Origin: an uncultured Methanosarcinales archaeon
Lineage (GTDB): Archaea; Nanobdellota; Nanobdellia; Woesearchaeales; DATDXC01
Direction: 5' to 3'
Assembly: GCA_964510025.1 (NCBI GenBank)
Contig: CAZDZV010000004.1
Location: forward strand, 611 to 64,610
Length of the DNA: 64,000 bases
In this document: positions 38,205 to 48,227 of the stretch, in pieces
Numbering within the stretch: the stretch's first letter is position 1
Layout of the letters: each line of letters opens with the position of its first letter
Position numbers and translations under genes: made by a program
The notes under the pieces: generated by a model
The model's input: the letters and a program-made list of their open reading frames with translations, nothing else
What the model was told of the DNA's origin: nothing
Database searches by the model: none

Positions 38205-41200
38205 TTATGTACCCCACCTCCAGACTCTCGCCTCGACAATAGTAGGCCCCCACATGAAAGGTATCCTGCCTATGCTTACTGTCTCGACATCCAGATCATT
38301 GGCTCCGAACTTCACAAACAGCAGTCCATCATCATCAAAATCAAGCTGGTCAAAAAGCCTGCATATGGCATTGTTTATGGCATCCTGATCATAGTCTGTA
38401 TCGCAGGAAGTGAAAGCGTTGAATGTGCAGTTTGCAGAGCTGTTATAGCTGTTAGGTATAGGCACATCAGCATATGTCCCATCCTCAAATCCAAGCGTCC
38501 AGATGCAGCCCTCTGCCTTTGCAAAGACGCCAGTGTAGTTCATGTCCATCCTTATCCCTATAGTATATATAGCCATGTCATCTGCAGAGCCGATTGATAC
38601 GTTATGGCTGCCCTGTGCTGTTGATATCCTGACAGTATTGTTCCCTGGTCCGAGCAGACCCACAGGGATATTAACTATATATGGGTCTCCCAGATAAGAG
38701 TACTCAACCCCGTAATCAGATATGTTATAGAATGTGTCCCATGCAGAGCCGTTCCACACAGATGCCCTGTCCGTCCATCTTTCTCCTGAATAGGATGTCA
38801 GCTTGGCATCATACAGCAGGACCTGGGGGGGCACTGTAAACGATCCCTGGGTTATATTGTTGCTGAACCTCGGGCTTTCGACGATCACAGGTATCCTTGC
38901 GTATTCAGTCTGGTTCAGCTCAAGGCTGTAGTTGAACTCGATGTATGAATCAGGATATAGCTCATTGCTCACGTTGCCTGTCACATTTGCTGTCTGGGCT
39001 GCAAACTGCAGCTCGATCATGTCGCTGGCTATCTGCCTGTAGATGTCCATCAGCTGCGCAGCATCATTGGCATCATAGGCATGGCTGCAGTCATCGCAGC
39101 ATGCTATATCGTCCATCAGGCCTGTATCTGCTCCAGAGCCGAAAGCCACCGAATATATCCTTATGCCGAACCTGTCAAAAGCATCGCATGCCTTCTGCAC
39201 AGCCTCGTCCTCTGCTCCGCTTAGGTCGTAGTTGCTCCTGGTGCCGATCCTTGTGTTGGCCTCTCCGTCGCTCATCACAAGCATGGACATGAACCTGTCA
39301 TAAGACAGCTCATCGTCGCTCCACTTCAGCGTAAGGTTGAGGTTCCTGAACCTCCAAAGGTCATTGTCGTCATCTGTGTGCAGGCAGCCTGTTGTTGTGC
39401 CGGAAAACAGCCTTATCTCAACATCTGAGCTGTTCAGCACCATCACCGGAACATCTAGCAGAACCTCCTGCCACTCATTGTCTCCTGACCATCTTTGGTA
39501 GTCGATCCTTCCTATATACTGTCCGTTTACGTAAACGCAATCATAAGAATCAGGATTGACATCCAGCGCCTCAAATCTCAGCAGTCCTGCCCTTATCTGG
39601 TCTGTGCCTATGCCTGTATTAAAGACCACGCTGGACGACTCTGCCCCGTCATCCAGCACGACAAGGCTTGGATCAGAAAAGCTTGAATCATGAATCTCCG
39701 AGCTATGCTCCCAGGCTATCAGCTCAACATGCTTCAGGTCCCAGTCATCCTGTTCCCCTGCTGTGTCAAAGCACCCGTTTACATTTGCTCCTGTGACAGT
39801 TATATTATTGGTGCCTGTGTTGGCAACGCTGTAATTTATCTTTACGCTTTCCAGCACCGGCGTCCTTGAGGTGTTTGCAGTTGAGAGGTTTGCCCTCCAC
39901 TGTATATATCTGGAATCTGCCTGGGCTATTGGCCCCGCATCATCATAGGCAGCGCTGCTCCATGCGAAATTATCCCACGAACCATCTGGAACAGCAACGT
40001 CTCCTGTCCTGATCTCAAGGTATATGCTTGTACCGGCTGGCAGCTCATTTTCCCAGCTTATGCTGCCCCAGTCAGCATCGCCCCCTGCATAGTATACCGG
40101 GCTCATTATCCAGCCGTCAGCTGAATATTCTGACGTGAGGTCCCCTTCCTCCATCTCTGGCCCAAAGCTGAGAAAGCTGTCATTCATCGAGAGGTATTGC
40201 GCAGCTATCCAGTCATCAGACCTCGCAGCGTTGGAAAGCCTGAGCTCATCTATCATTCCGTCAAGCTCCTCTTCCCCGCCTGTTCCGTCATGCATCCTGG
40301 TGTTCCCATAGCCTGCCCTGATGTCCCCTGAATGGGCATAGAGCCTCCTGCCTTCCCCAGCGCCAAATTCAGTTCCATCCAGGTATCCTTCAAAGCAGTC
40401 GCCGCAAAAATTATCAGTTCCGTCCCTGAGCCTCAGGGCCACATAATGCCATTCTCCTGTACCGATGCCTGTGCTGAGCCATGTGCCGTCCCAGTCGCTC
40501 TGCCCTGAATCCCTGTTCCATCCTCCAACATATGCATTTCCCGAGCTTAGGTATATATTCAGTCCTCTTGTGCCGCCTCCCTGCTCATATATGATATTCT
40601 TTGCACCTCCATCGATGGTGTCTGCCCTGAACAGCACCTCTATGGTCTTGTCATCCCATGGACCGCCATCGTTTATCTCATCGCTGTTGGCTATTGTGCT
40701 GTAGTCGTTGTTGCCATCATAATCGTAGGCTCCATCCACGATGCCTGAGCTAGAGCCCGGGCAGTTGCCGCATCCAAGATCATTGTTGAAGGAGCTGGAA
40801 TCCTGGTCATCATCCATATGGTACACCCCGATGAAATCATCATCCCATACAGCTGCAGCATCCTGGTCATCTGGTGCGCCGTTGTTGCCGTAGTATACCC
40901 ATATATAACCTGTATCAGAATAGCCGTCTATAGATGCCCTGACCCATACATATGAGCTCCCGCCTTCATCCCATTCCTCTATCTCATGGGCCAGCTGCGC
41001 TCCCTCGTCATCCACAAACCTTATGTCCTGTCCCATGTCCTGGGTTTCGCTGTAGTCTATCCTGGTGCTGTCCAGCCTCACAAGCACTGGAAAATCAGGC
41101 AACTCCCCTTGTCCTGAATTATCAAACGCTATCTTCCTCCTTTTCAGCCAGGCGCTGTCCCACCATGCGTCAGCCTGCTTCAGCACTGCGTCTCCGGGAG

Positions 41201-43082
41201 ATGCCATGACATCCACAAGGCTCTCTGAGCATGCCTGGAAATCTGCCTGGGAGCTTGTGCTCCATTCCCCATATGCAATCCCTGAACTTGGCAGCCACTC
41301 CTCTTTTATTGGATATGAGCATGTATGCCAGCCTGTGCTGTCGTCGTCGTTTGACTCGCACATGCGTCCGAGATAGTGGCCGTTAAGGAACACGCAGTCC
41401 CTGTAGCCATCCTCAACGTCAACGCCTCTGCCGAACAAGGTGAGCCGTGATTTGACAAAAGCGCTCTTGTTGACATCCAGGTTGAAGCTGATCTCTGCAG
41501 ACACAGGCCCTGTGTCCCCGAGATGCCTTGCTGTGCTGTCTGATTGCACCTTCATCTCGCTGCCATACAGCGCTCTTTTCTCAGTCAGCAGCTCTGCAGC
41601 TGTATTTATTCCGCACGATATGCATGTCCACCCGCACCATTCGTCGTAATAGTCATCGATCCTGGACTGCAATGAAGCGTTGTCCCCGGAAAAGGGATGG
41701 AAGGAGCAGACAGGACTGGTCCTTTTTCCGTAGCCTACCAGGCTCACCTCGTTGCCCGGGACGCTTAGCATCTCCTCCACGAATGTCTTGTCTGAACCCT
41801 GGGCAACCCTGTCTCTTCTCTCATGGCAGGGAGAAGATCCGTCGCATATTCCAGGCTCGCTGCAGTCTATATCAACATCGCATCCCCTCATAGAGCCGGT
41901 CCTGTCTGTTATCAGGACAGCATCTGATTTGCCGCCGTAAAAGAAAGTTATGTTCTCTATGCCCAGCCTTATGGGCACTGTTGCCTTGCTTATGGTGTTA
42001 TAGTCCAGCGCCGCTGAGAACACCGAATCGTTGACAAATACGCTTTGCGGCACTGTTGACGTGCTTGTCTCGAACACAGTAACATTGCCCACTGTGAAAT
42101 ACACAGGAGTATTGGACATGAAGTGAAGGAACATGTTGATATTGTTGACCATGCCAGGTATGTAGAAGGAATCATAGATGTTTATGATGCCGTCGATGCC
42201 CGGAAAGAAATATCGTTTCCTGGTTATGTTGTTATAGGCGCCGAGCTCTGATGTCTGGAACTTCAGCTTGAAATATCCTCCTCCGATATATGCATCCTTT
42301 GTAGAGTTGAACGAAAAGAGCATGATGTTGTCTCCCGCGTCAAAATTCGATAGGTAGCTCTCGTTGATCACCCATTTGTCAGCTGTTAGGTTGTGGGGAG
42401 CTGGGCTGGGAGAGACAGCGTAGCTGCCTGAGAAGTTGCCGTTCACATACAGCTCAAAGCTCGAGCCTGCATCCAGCTCCATATACCCATAGTCGATAGA
42501 TGTCAGGGATATAGGGAGCGACAGTATGCCTGTAATGTTCCCCTCTCCGATATATCCTCCGAAATACAGGTAAGCTGCAGAGGTCCGCTCATTTATTTCA
42601 GAAAGGAACACCCTGGATGTCAGGCCTTCCACAGCCCTGTCTTTCTCCATGCCGGTGACCATCTGCTTGGAGGAAATAAGCTGCGTGACAGGCCTGTCTG
42701 TCGATGTGAAGATCGGGTCATCATACCCTTCCACCCAGATGCCGATGCTGTAATCATTGGGTATCAGGGAGCCGATCGTAAGGTTTAAGAGCTGCCTTGC
42801 CTTCTGCTCGCTTCCCTCTATCTGGAACCTCAGGATCTGCTCGACCACTGTCCTGTTGAAATCTGTTACGTTCGTGTTGTTCAGGAAAGCTGCAATATCT
42901 GCATCATCAAACTCGCGCAGCTCCATATCAGAAAGCAGCTGTATCATGTCAGAGGAATAATATACCGCAGAGGTGGTGTCCTGCGCCCTGAGATAGAACA
43001 TGGGCATGAGGATTATCACCACTATTATGAGCATGACTGCGATAAGTGCATCTAGACTAAATAGTATCCCGTTTCTGCCCAT
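38205..43082 (-). CDS. Giant surface adhesin-like protein (1625 aa): pilin-like N-terminal anchor, VWA MIDAS site, LamG-like domain
   Basis: N-terminus 'MGRNGILFSLDALIAVMLIIVVII' (G-1, hydrophobic helix, D+6). MIDAS-like 'VLITDRTGSM'. Laminin_G_3-like 'WHYVALRL...EGYLDG...DELRLSNAARSDDWIAAQY'. Later VWA-like 'LVMSDGEAN...IRIYSVAFGSGADTGL'. Asp-rich stretches and many N-x-S/T sequons. N- and C-terminal ~150 aa are homologous to the second giant gene. Confidence 0.75.
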   Translation of the reverse strand: MGRNGILFSLDALIAVMLIIVVIILMPMFYLRAQDTTSAVYYSSDMIQLLSDMELREFDDADIAAFLNNTNVTDFNRTVVEQILRFQIEGSEQKARQLLNLTIGSLIPNDYSIGIWVEGYDDPIFTSTDRPVTQLISSKQMVTGMEKDRAVEGLTSRVFLSEINERTSAAYLYFGGYIGEGNITGILSLPISLTSIDYGYMELDAGSSFELYVNGNFSGSYAVSPSPAPHNLTADKWVINESYLSNFDAGDNIMLFSFNSTKDAYIGGGYFKLKFQTSELGAYNNITRKRYFFPGIDGIINIYDSFYIPGMVNNINMFLHFMSNTPVYFTVGNVTVFETSTSTVPQSVFVNDSVFSAALDYNTISKATVPIRLGIENITFFYGGKSDAVLITDRTGSMRGCDVDIDCSEPGICDGSSPCHERRDRVAQGSDKTFVEEMLSVPGNEVSLVGYGKRTSPVCSFHPFSGDNASLQSRIDDYYDEWCGWTCISCGINTAAELLTEKRALYGSEMKVQSDSTARHLGDTGPVSAEISFNLDVNKSAFVKSRLTLFGRGVDVEDGYRDCVFLNGHYLGRMCESNDDDSTGWHTCSYPIKEEWLPSSGIAYGEWSTSSQADFQACSESLVDVMASPGDAVLKQADAWWDSAWLKRRKIAFDNSGQGELPDFPVLVRLDSTRIDYSETQDMGQDIRFVDDEGAQLAHEIEEWDEGGSSYVWVRASIDGYSDTGYIWVYYGNNGAPDDQDAAAVWDDDFIGVYHMDDDQDSSSFNNDLGCGNCPGSSSGIVDGAYDYDGNNDYSTIANSDEINDGGPWDDKTIEVLFRADTIDGGAKNIIYEQGGGTRGLNIYLSSGNAYVGGWNRDSGQSDWDGTWLSTGIGTGEWHYVALRLRDGTDNFCGDCFEGYLDGTEFGAGEGRRLYAHSGDIRAGYGNTRMHDGTGGEEELDGMIDELRLSNAARSDDWIAAQYLSMNDSFLSFGPEMEEGDLTSEYSADGWIMSPVYYAGGDADWGSISWENELPAGTSIYLEIRTGDVAVPDGSWDNFAWSSAAYDDAGPIAQADSRYIQWRANLSTANTSRTPVLESVKINYSVANTGTNNITVTGANVNGCFDTAGEQDDWDLKHVELIAWEHSSEIHDSSFSDPSLVVLDDGAESSSVVFNTGIGTDQIRAGLLRFEALDVNPDSYDCVYVNGQYIGRIDYQRWSGDNEWQEVLLDVPVMVLNSSDVEIRLFSGTTTGCLHTDDDNDLWRFRNLNLTLKWSDDELSYDRFMSMLVMSDGEANTRIGTRSNYDLSGAEDEAVQKACDAFDRFGIRIYSVAFGSGADTGLMDDIACCDDCSHAYDANDAAQLMDIYRQIASDMIELQFAAQTANVTGNVSNELYPDSYIEFNYSLELNQTEYARIPVIVESPRFSNNITQGSFTVPPQVLLYDAKLTSYSGERWTDRASVWNGSAWDTFYNISDYGVEYSYLGDPYIVNIPVGLLGPGNNTVRISTAQGSHNVSIGSADDMAIYTIGIRMDMNYTGVFAKAEGCIWTLGFEDGTYADVPIPNSYNSSANCTFNAFTSCDTDYDQDAINNAICRLFDQLDFDDDGLLFVKFGANDLDVETVSIGRIPFMWGPTIVEARVWRWGT

Positions 43083-43092
43083 CTAGCACCTC

Positions 43093-44043
43093 TCATATCT
43101 CCCAGTTCAGTAAGGTCAGGTTATACCTTTCAAGATGGCCTGAATCCAGCTTTACCCAGTCAGGCGTGAAGTTGATCCTGTAGTCTCCGTCTCCAGAATC
43201 TGTCCAGTAATGATAGTCTATTATGCTGCTGTCCCCATGGACGCTGAGCCCCTGTTCGCTTACTTTTATCAGGTTGACCATGCTCTCTATGCCGCAGCAG
43301 CCTGAGCTTGTCAGGTTGTTCTCGAATCTCATCAGGAAGCTCGGTGCATCCCCGCTGTCCACATAATATGAGTTCTCGATGTGCTCCATCAGGTTGCTGA
43401 CGTTCCATTTAACCTTCTTGAAGGTATAGTTGCCTTGATAGGGTGTTGCATTTATGACATTGGTTATCCTGCCAAGGCTGTAGACGATATACAGGGGATC
43501 CTCAAAGCTGTTGATCTTTATCTGGGACTCTATCTGCTGCTCCCTTCTCCAGGATGCGATGCCTGCCGTGTCATCTATGTAAAAAGAGATATTTGTCCAT
43601 ACGACCACATGCCACGGGTCTGTCTGGAAGATATCTGTTTCATGAAGCACCATGCTGACATTTATCTTCAGCTTGTTGGATTCCAGCCTAATATTCTCGA
43701 GCCATTGGGGCAGAGTAGAGCCTATCATCAGGGTGGAATTGGTGCTGTTCACTGTCCCGTACAGCAGGGCTTCCATGAACATCTCCTCAGTATTGTTCAG
43801 GAACTTCCCTTCCCTTATGATATACTCCTCCAGGGCCATCAGCGCCCTGTATGAGCTGATATATATTCCTCTCTCGACGTCCCTCTCAAGGTCCTTGACA
43901 AAATCATTCATCGAGTCTACTCTCATCTCTATCACAGACATCCTCTCGTTTATCCTTTTGTAGCTCGGCATCATGAACACAAAAAGGAAAACAAAAAGGA
44001 AAGCTATCGTCATCAAAGTGAAATACATGCCTTTTTTTTTCAT
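43093..44043 (-). CDS. Membrane-anchored pilin-like/secreted protein (316 aa)
   Basis: N-terminus 'MKKKGMYFTLMTIAFLFVFLFVF' (basic leader + G + hydrophobic helix) with an N-x-S/T-rich ectodomain. Start set at the Met overlapping the upstream stop. Confidence 0.5.
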   Translation of the reverse strand: MKKKGMYFTLMTIAFLFVFLFVFMMPSYKRINERMSVIEMRVDSMNDFVKDLERDVERGIYISSYRALMALEEYIIREGKFLNNTEEMFMEALLYGTVNSTNSTLMIGSTLPQWLENIRLESNKLKINVSMVLHETDIFQTDPWHVVVWTNISFYIDDTAGIASWRREQQIESQIKINSFEDPLYIVYSLGRITNVINATPYQGNYTFKKVKWNVSNLMEHIENSYYVDSGDAPSFLMRFENNLTSSGCCGIESMVNLIKVSEQGLSVHGDSSIIDYHYWTDSGDGDYRINFTPDWVKLDSGHLERYNLTLLNWEI

Positions 44044-47000
44044 CTCCACACCCTCGCCTCCACAACTGTGGGCCCCCACATGAAAGGTATCTTGCCTATG
44101 CTTACTGTCTCGACATCCAGGTCTGAGGGCCCGAATTTTGCAAACAATCTGCCGTCATCGTCAAAGTCAAGCTGCTGGAAGAGCCTGCACATAGCGTCAT
44201 TGACAGCGTCATCCTTGAATTCTGCGCCGCAGTCAGTGCTATCTGTAAAATTGCAGTCCTTTGTGCCGTTGTAGCTAGCTGGTATCATCATGCTTATGTT
44301 TTGGCCGTCCTCGAACATAAGGCTCCAGTTGCATCCCTCTGCCTTGGAAAACACCCCTGAATAGCTCAGGTTTATCTTTATGCCGAGCGTATAGATGGCC
44401 CTGTCAGCAGGGCTTCCGCCAACCCATTCCACTGCGCCTGAGCCGGTCTGTATCCATACTTGATTTTCTCCCTCATGGGTATAGCTCACAGGGATGCTTA
44501 TTATGAATGGGTCGCCTAGAGCATGGTAGTCATAGGACATCTCAGAAAGGTTGAATATATCTATGTAGCCTGTATCCAGCAGCCCCAGATAGCTTGCCCA
44601 CCTGTCGTCTGAATATGATGTTACTTTTGCCTCGAGCAGCTTTGATTCAGATGGTACAAAGAAGCTTCCCTTTGTCTGGTTATTGTTGAATCTCGGAGTC
44701 TCCAGAGTCAAAGGTATCACTGAATAGTCCAGTGATTCATCTATATCCTGATAGACAAACTCTATATAGGATCCCCTTCTTATGACAGAGCTAACGTTGG
44801 ATGAAAGGCTCAGGTTTATCACCTGGGATTCATAGGCAATCTCATAGGCTATAGTGCTGTATATCAGGGCAAGGTCCTCAGCGTTTGAGCCCTTGTAGAA
44901 CTTGCCGTTCGAGACGTTCGCTATCTTCGCTAAAGTGGACGAGCCTGCGTCGCTGCCGAAGCCTTTCGTATATATTGTTATATCGTATTCCTTGGAGATG
45001 TTCTCCGAGAGGTTGATCGCCTCCTCGATGGCCGCTTCTCCGCATTCAGAGCCGTCCAGGCACACATTGGCCTCCCCATCAGTCATCAGCACGATGTATC
45101 TTTTCTCGGCAGTTCCGTTGTTGATGAGTATAGAAGCGCTTCTTTCTATAGCGCACGATAGGCATGTAAGCCCGCTATCTGCATGATATCCCTCGATCTC
45201 CTCATAAAGCATGGTGCGGTTAAGGCTGAGATTGGTGGCGCTGGTGACGCCTGTGCCGTACCTTACAAGCCCAAGCTGGACCTTGTCGCCCAGGATTATC
45301 TCGTCGACGAATTCCCGGTCAAGCTTCTTTGCCAGCCTGATCCTGACAGAATCGCAGATATAGCAGCTCCCGTTTTCAGCTATGCACATCTCGCCCGAGC
45401 ATCCATATCTCTCGCCTATAGGCTCAGACAGGCCGGGGATGCATTGCTCTGTGTTTTCCGTAGCACCCTTGCAGTGGTCTTCTGTGTCACAGCAGGCATT
45501 GCTTGTATCTGTAGAGCAAAGGATCGCCCCGCAGCAATAGTCCATATATGTATAGCATCTTGTCTCAGTGCAGCATCTGACCTCTTCCTGCTCGCATTCA
45601 TATTCAAGCGTTGTCTCATCGCAGCAGCACAGTCCGGAGCACAGGCTGCATTCGCTGCAGCTGACATAGCCCGGATCGCATGAGGCTTCCTCTGTGCAGT
45701 AGAAGGCTCCGTATCTTGTCTGGCCAGTATAGCATTCTGATGCAAGGCATGTGGGATTGAGGGGGTCTCCTGGATCATATGGCCTCCAGCTGATATCATT
45801 GAATATTGGATAGTATATTTCCTCTCCAGGCAGGCATTCATCTGGCGCGCCGCAAAATGGCTTATCCCTGTATACGCAGTTGCAGTAGTAGGCATTCCAG
45901 TCTTTTTCAGACGCGTTGCAGCTGCCTATGCCCGGCCTGCATAGACTGAACGATGTGACGCTATTGCCGTTCTCATCATATCCATAGATCAGCCCAAGAT
46001 TATCGCATATCCTGTCCCCGTAGCTGTCCCTCTGGTACCAGGCACAGTCCTTATACTCATGGAAGCACTGTCCGTCCGGGCAAAACCCAGCAGGGCATGC
46101 TGCTGCACCGCATTCAACAAGCGTGTCATAGCTGAGGCTTCCGTTGGAATAAGGATGAGATGGCGGACAGTCTGTGCTGCAGTTGTCCATCCATAGGCAC
46201 TCTCTGTCGCTGTATACTATTTTTTCAAAATCAGGTGCATCAAAAAAAGCCTCAGGCGCATAAGCCTCGTCTGCCACAGGCCTCTCTGGTGGGCAGTGCG
46301 ATGTCTCGTACCTGCACCAGTCAGGCATATCACCTATGCCGTCATCAGGGCAGCTTGACTGGTTAAGGGCCATAGCATGAGACATTATCTCTCTGTCTGT
46401 CAGTATCCTTTTGTGTATAGCCAGCTCATCCATGCTTGCCCTAAGCTGGCAGCAGCTCTCACTGTACCTGTATCCGATATAGAGCATCTTCCCTATCTGG
46501 ATGGTTCTTCCTCCCCCTGTACCGACCATATGGCCGTCTACATATATCTGGGATTCTGTCTTATTTACAGTAACGGCAATATGCTGCCATTTATCATTTT
46601 TCAGATAAGCTGACGGTGATTGCACCCGAGCATACCAGCAGATGTTTCCTTGTTCAGGGCAGTTGCTGGAAACATAATCCTGCAGGTACCACCAGTTGCC
46701 GTCAGCTCTGGCGTCGAGCAGGTATTGGGATCCCTGGTTCCAGTCTGCTTTTCTCATCCAGAACTCTATTGTCATCGCTTCTGGATCGCCCAGGTCATCC
46801 TCTATCCTTATGAATTGTGAGCCTGTGAATTCTGCAGAGCTGCCGATGACGCCCGTGTCAAGGCCCAGGGCCCCTGAGACATTGACAGTTCTGTTCCATC
46901 CTGATGAGTCCTGCAGCGGCATGCTGTCGAAATGCAGCAACAGCAATGTGTCCTGGTCCGGCCTGATCTCCCTTGAATCCATGCACTCCCTCATGCTGTT

Positions 47001-48227
47001 CGAGGTGTCTGTCACCAGAACAACATCAGATGTCGAGATATTTTTTTCAGCAAGCCCGAACCTGAATGGTATGGTCTTCTTTGACATTTCTGTGTAGTTA
47101 AGCAGATTGGACAGGGTATAGTTGGATATTGTTCTCTGGATAGTGCCGACTCCGGTGTGCTGGTAGACAGTGGTATTGCCTATATTAAAGAAAGTTGACA
47201 CGCTGGCAGCCGGGTTTACTGCATAATCCAGGTAGACCTTCATGGATTTCAGCAGCCCCTGGACAAAAAAGGAAGAATAAAGGTTTATAACCCCGTCTAT
47301 CTCTGGCAGCCAAAAGGTCTCAGTTATGATGTTCCCCCCCTCATATCCGCCGTAGCTGATGCAGCTGCCGTAGCCCCCGCAAATTATCTCATACTTGTCA
47401 TAGAGGTTGGAGGTTGTGTATCCTACCCTTATGAATCCTCCCCCTATGTAAGCATCCTGGATATCATGGAAAGCTACTGTTACATAGTTATCTCCTGCAT
47501 GGAAAAAGCTTGTGTTGGCCTCGATGATGGTTGGTATGGCCTCGGCAGTCTGATTTGTGGCATTAAACCTTCCCACAAATGCGTTGTTCACGAAAAGGTC
47601 AAAATCCTGGACCACCCTCATCTCTATATAGAACGAGTTCACGCTGCTTATCTCCCACGGCAGCACGATCTTTTTGGTGATATTGCCGTTGCCCACGTAT
47701 CCGCCGAAGTACGAATAGACTGCAGATATCTTCTCATCCAGCTCAGACAGGAATACCCTTGAGGTGAATCCCTCGATAGCCTTTTCCCTTTCTATGCCTG
47801 ACACCAGGGCCTTGGCTGAGATGAGCTGCCTCACCCTGCCCAGGGTGTTGTTGAAAACAGGATCATCATATCCCTCTACCCAGAAGCCGAAGTTGACCCG
47901 GCCAGGTATAACATCCCTGGTCGTCAGGTTCATCAGCTTTTCAGCTCTTTCATGATCTCCAGCTACCTTGAATCTCAGCACCTGCTCCATGATCGTCCTG
48001 TTGTAGTCAGTGACATTGCTGTTGTTAAGAAGCTCCCTGACAGCAGCATCATCTATCTCGCCTACCTTTATCTTTGACAGGGACTGCACGATATCGCTTG
48101 AAAAATACATTATCTGGGGATCCTCTTCCTGCTTCACATAAAACATCGGTATTATCACCAGTACAGATATTATGAGCACTGTGGCGATCGTTGCATCAAT
48201 GCTGAAAAAAACACCTCTCTTCACCAT
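44040..48227 (-). CDS. Giant surface adhesin-like protein (1395 aa), paralogue with extreme Cys-rich insert
   Basis: 'MVKRGVFFSIDATIATVLIISVLVII' N-terminus. MIDAS-like 'VVLVTDTSNSM'. LamG-like 'WQHIAVTV...IYVDGHMVG...MDELAIHKRILTDREI'. ~330 aa segment with more than 60 Cys. VWA-like 'IVLMTDGEAN...ITIYTKGFGSDAGSS'. C-terminus '...DFDDDGRLFAKFGPSDLDVETVSIGKIPFMWGPTVVEARVWR' matches the first giant. Confidence 0.75.
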   Translation of the reverse strand: MVKRGVFFSIDATIATVLIISVLVIIPMFYVKQEEDPQIMYFSSDIVQSLSKIKVGEIDDAAVRELLNNSNVTDYNRTIMEQVLRFKVAGDHERAEKLMNLTTRDVIPGRVNFGFWVEGYDDPVFNNTLGRVRQLISAKALVSGIEREKAIEGFTSRVFLSELDEKISAVYSYFGGYVGNGNITKKIVLPWEISSVNSFYIEMRVVQDFDLFVNNAFVGRFNATNQTAEAIPTIIEANTSFFHAGDNYVTVAFHDIQDAYIGGGFIRVGYTTSNLYDKYEIICGGYGSCISYGGYEGGNIITETFWLPEIDGVINLYSSFFVQGLLKSMKVYLDYAVNPAASVSTFFNIGNTTVYQHTGVGTIQRTISNYTLSNLLNYTEMSKKTIPFRFGLAEKNISTSDVVLVTDTSNSMRECMDSREIRPDQDTLLLLHFDSMPLQDSSGWNRTVNVSGALGLDTGVIGSSAEFTGSQFIRIEDDLGDPEAMTIEFWMRKADWNQGSQYLLDARADGNWWYLQDYVSSNCPEQGNICWYARVQSPSAYLKNDKWQHIAVTVNKTESQIYVDGHMVGTGGGRTIQIGKMLYIGYRYSESCCQLRASMDELAIHKRILTDREIMSHAMALNQSSCPDDGIGDMPDWCRYETSHCPPERPVADEAYAPEAFFDAPDFEKIVYSDRECLWMDNCSTDCPPSHPYSNGSLSYDTLVECGAAACPAGFCPDGQCFHEYKDCAWYQRDSYGDRICDNLGLIYGYDENGNSVTSFSLCRPGIGSCNASEKDWNAYYCNCVYRDKPFCGAPDECLPGEEIYYPIFNDISWRPYDPGDPLNPTCLASECYTGQTRYGAFYCTEEASCDPGYVSCSECSLCSGLCCCDETTLEYECEQEEVRCCTETRCYTYMDYCCGAILCSTDTSNACCDTEDHCKGATENTEQCIPGLSEPIGERYGCSGEMCIAENGSCYICDSVRIRLAKKLDREFVDEIILGDKVQLGLVRYGTGVTSATNLSLNRTMLYEEIEGYHADSGLTCLSCAIERSASILINNGTAEKRYIVLMTDGEANVCLDGSECGEAAIEEAINLSENISKEYDITIYTKGFGSDAGSSTLAKIANVSNGKFYKGSNAEDLALIYSTIAYEIAYESQVINLSLSSNVSSVIRRGSYIEFVYQDIDESLDYSVIPLTLETPRFNNNQTKGSFFVPSESKLLEAKVTSYSDDRWASYLGLLDTGYIDIFNLSEMSYDYHALGDPFIISIPVSYTHEGENQVWIQTGSGAVEWVGGSPADRAIYTLGIKINLSYSGVFSKAEGCNWSLMFEDGQNISMMIPASYNGTKDCNFTDSTDCGAEFKDDAVNDAMCRLFQQLDFDDDGRLFAKFGPSDLDVETVSIGKIPFMWGPTVVEARVWR

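Noticed and set aside
43160-43963. ORFs 43160-43408(-), 43381-43854(+), 43652-43963(+) within the 316-aa pilin-like gene
   Set aside because: They overlap a longer same-locus ORF with signal-anchor features and give arginine or leucine-rich, non-gene-like translations.
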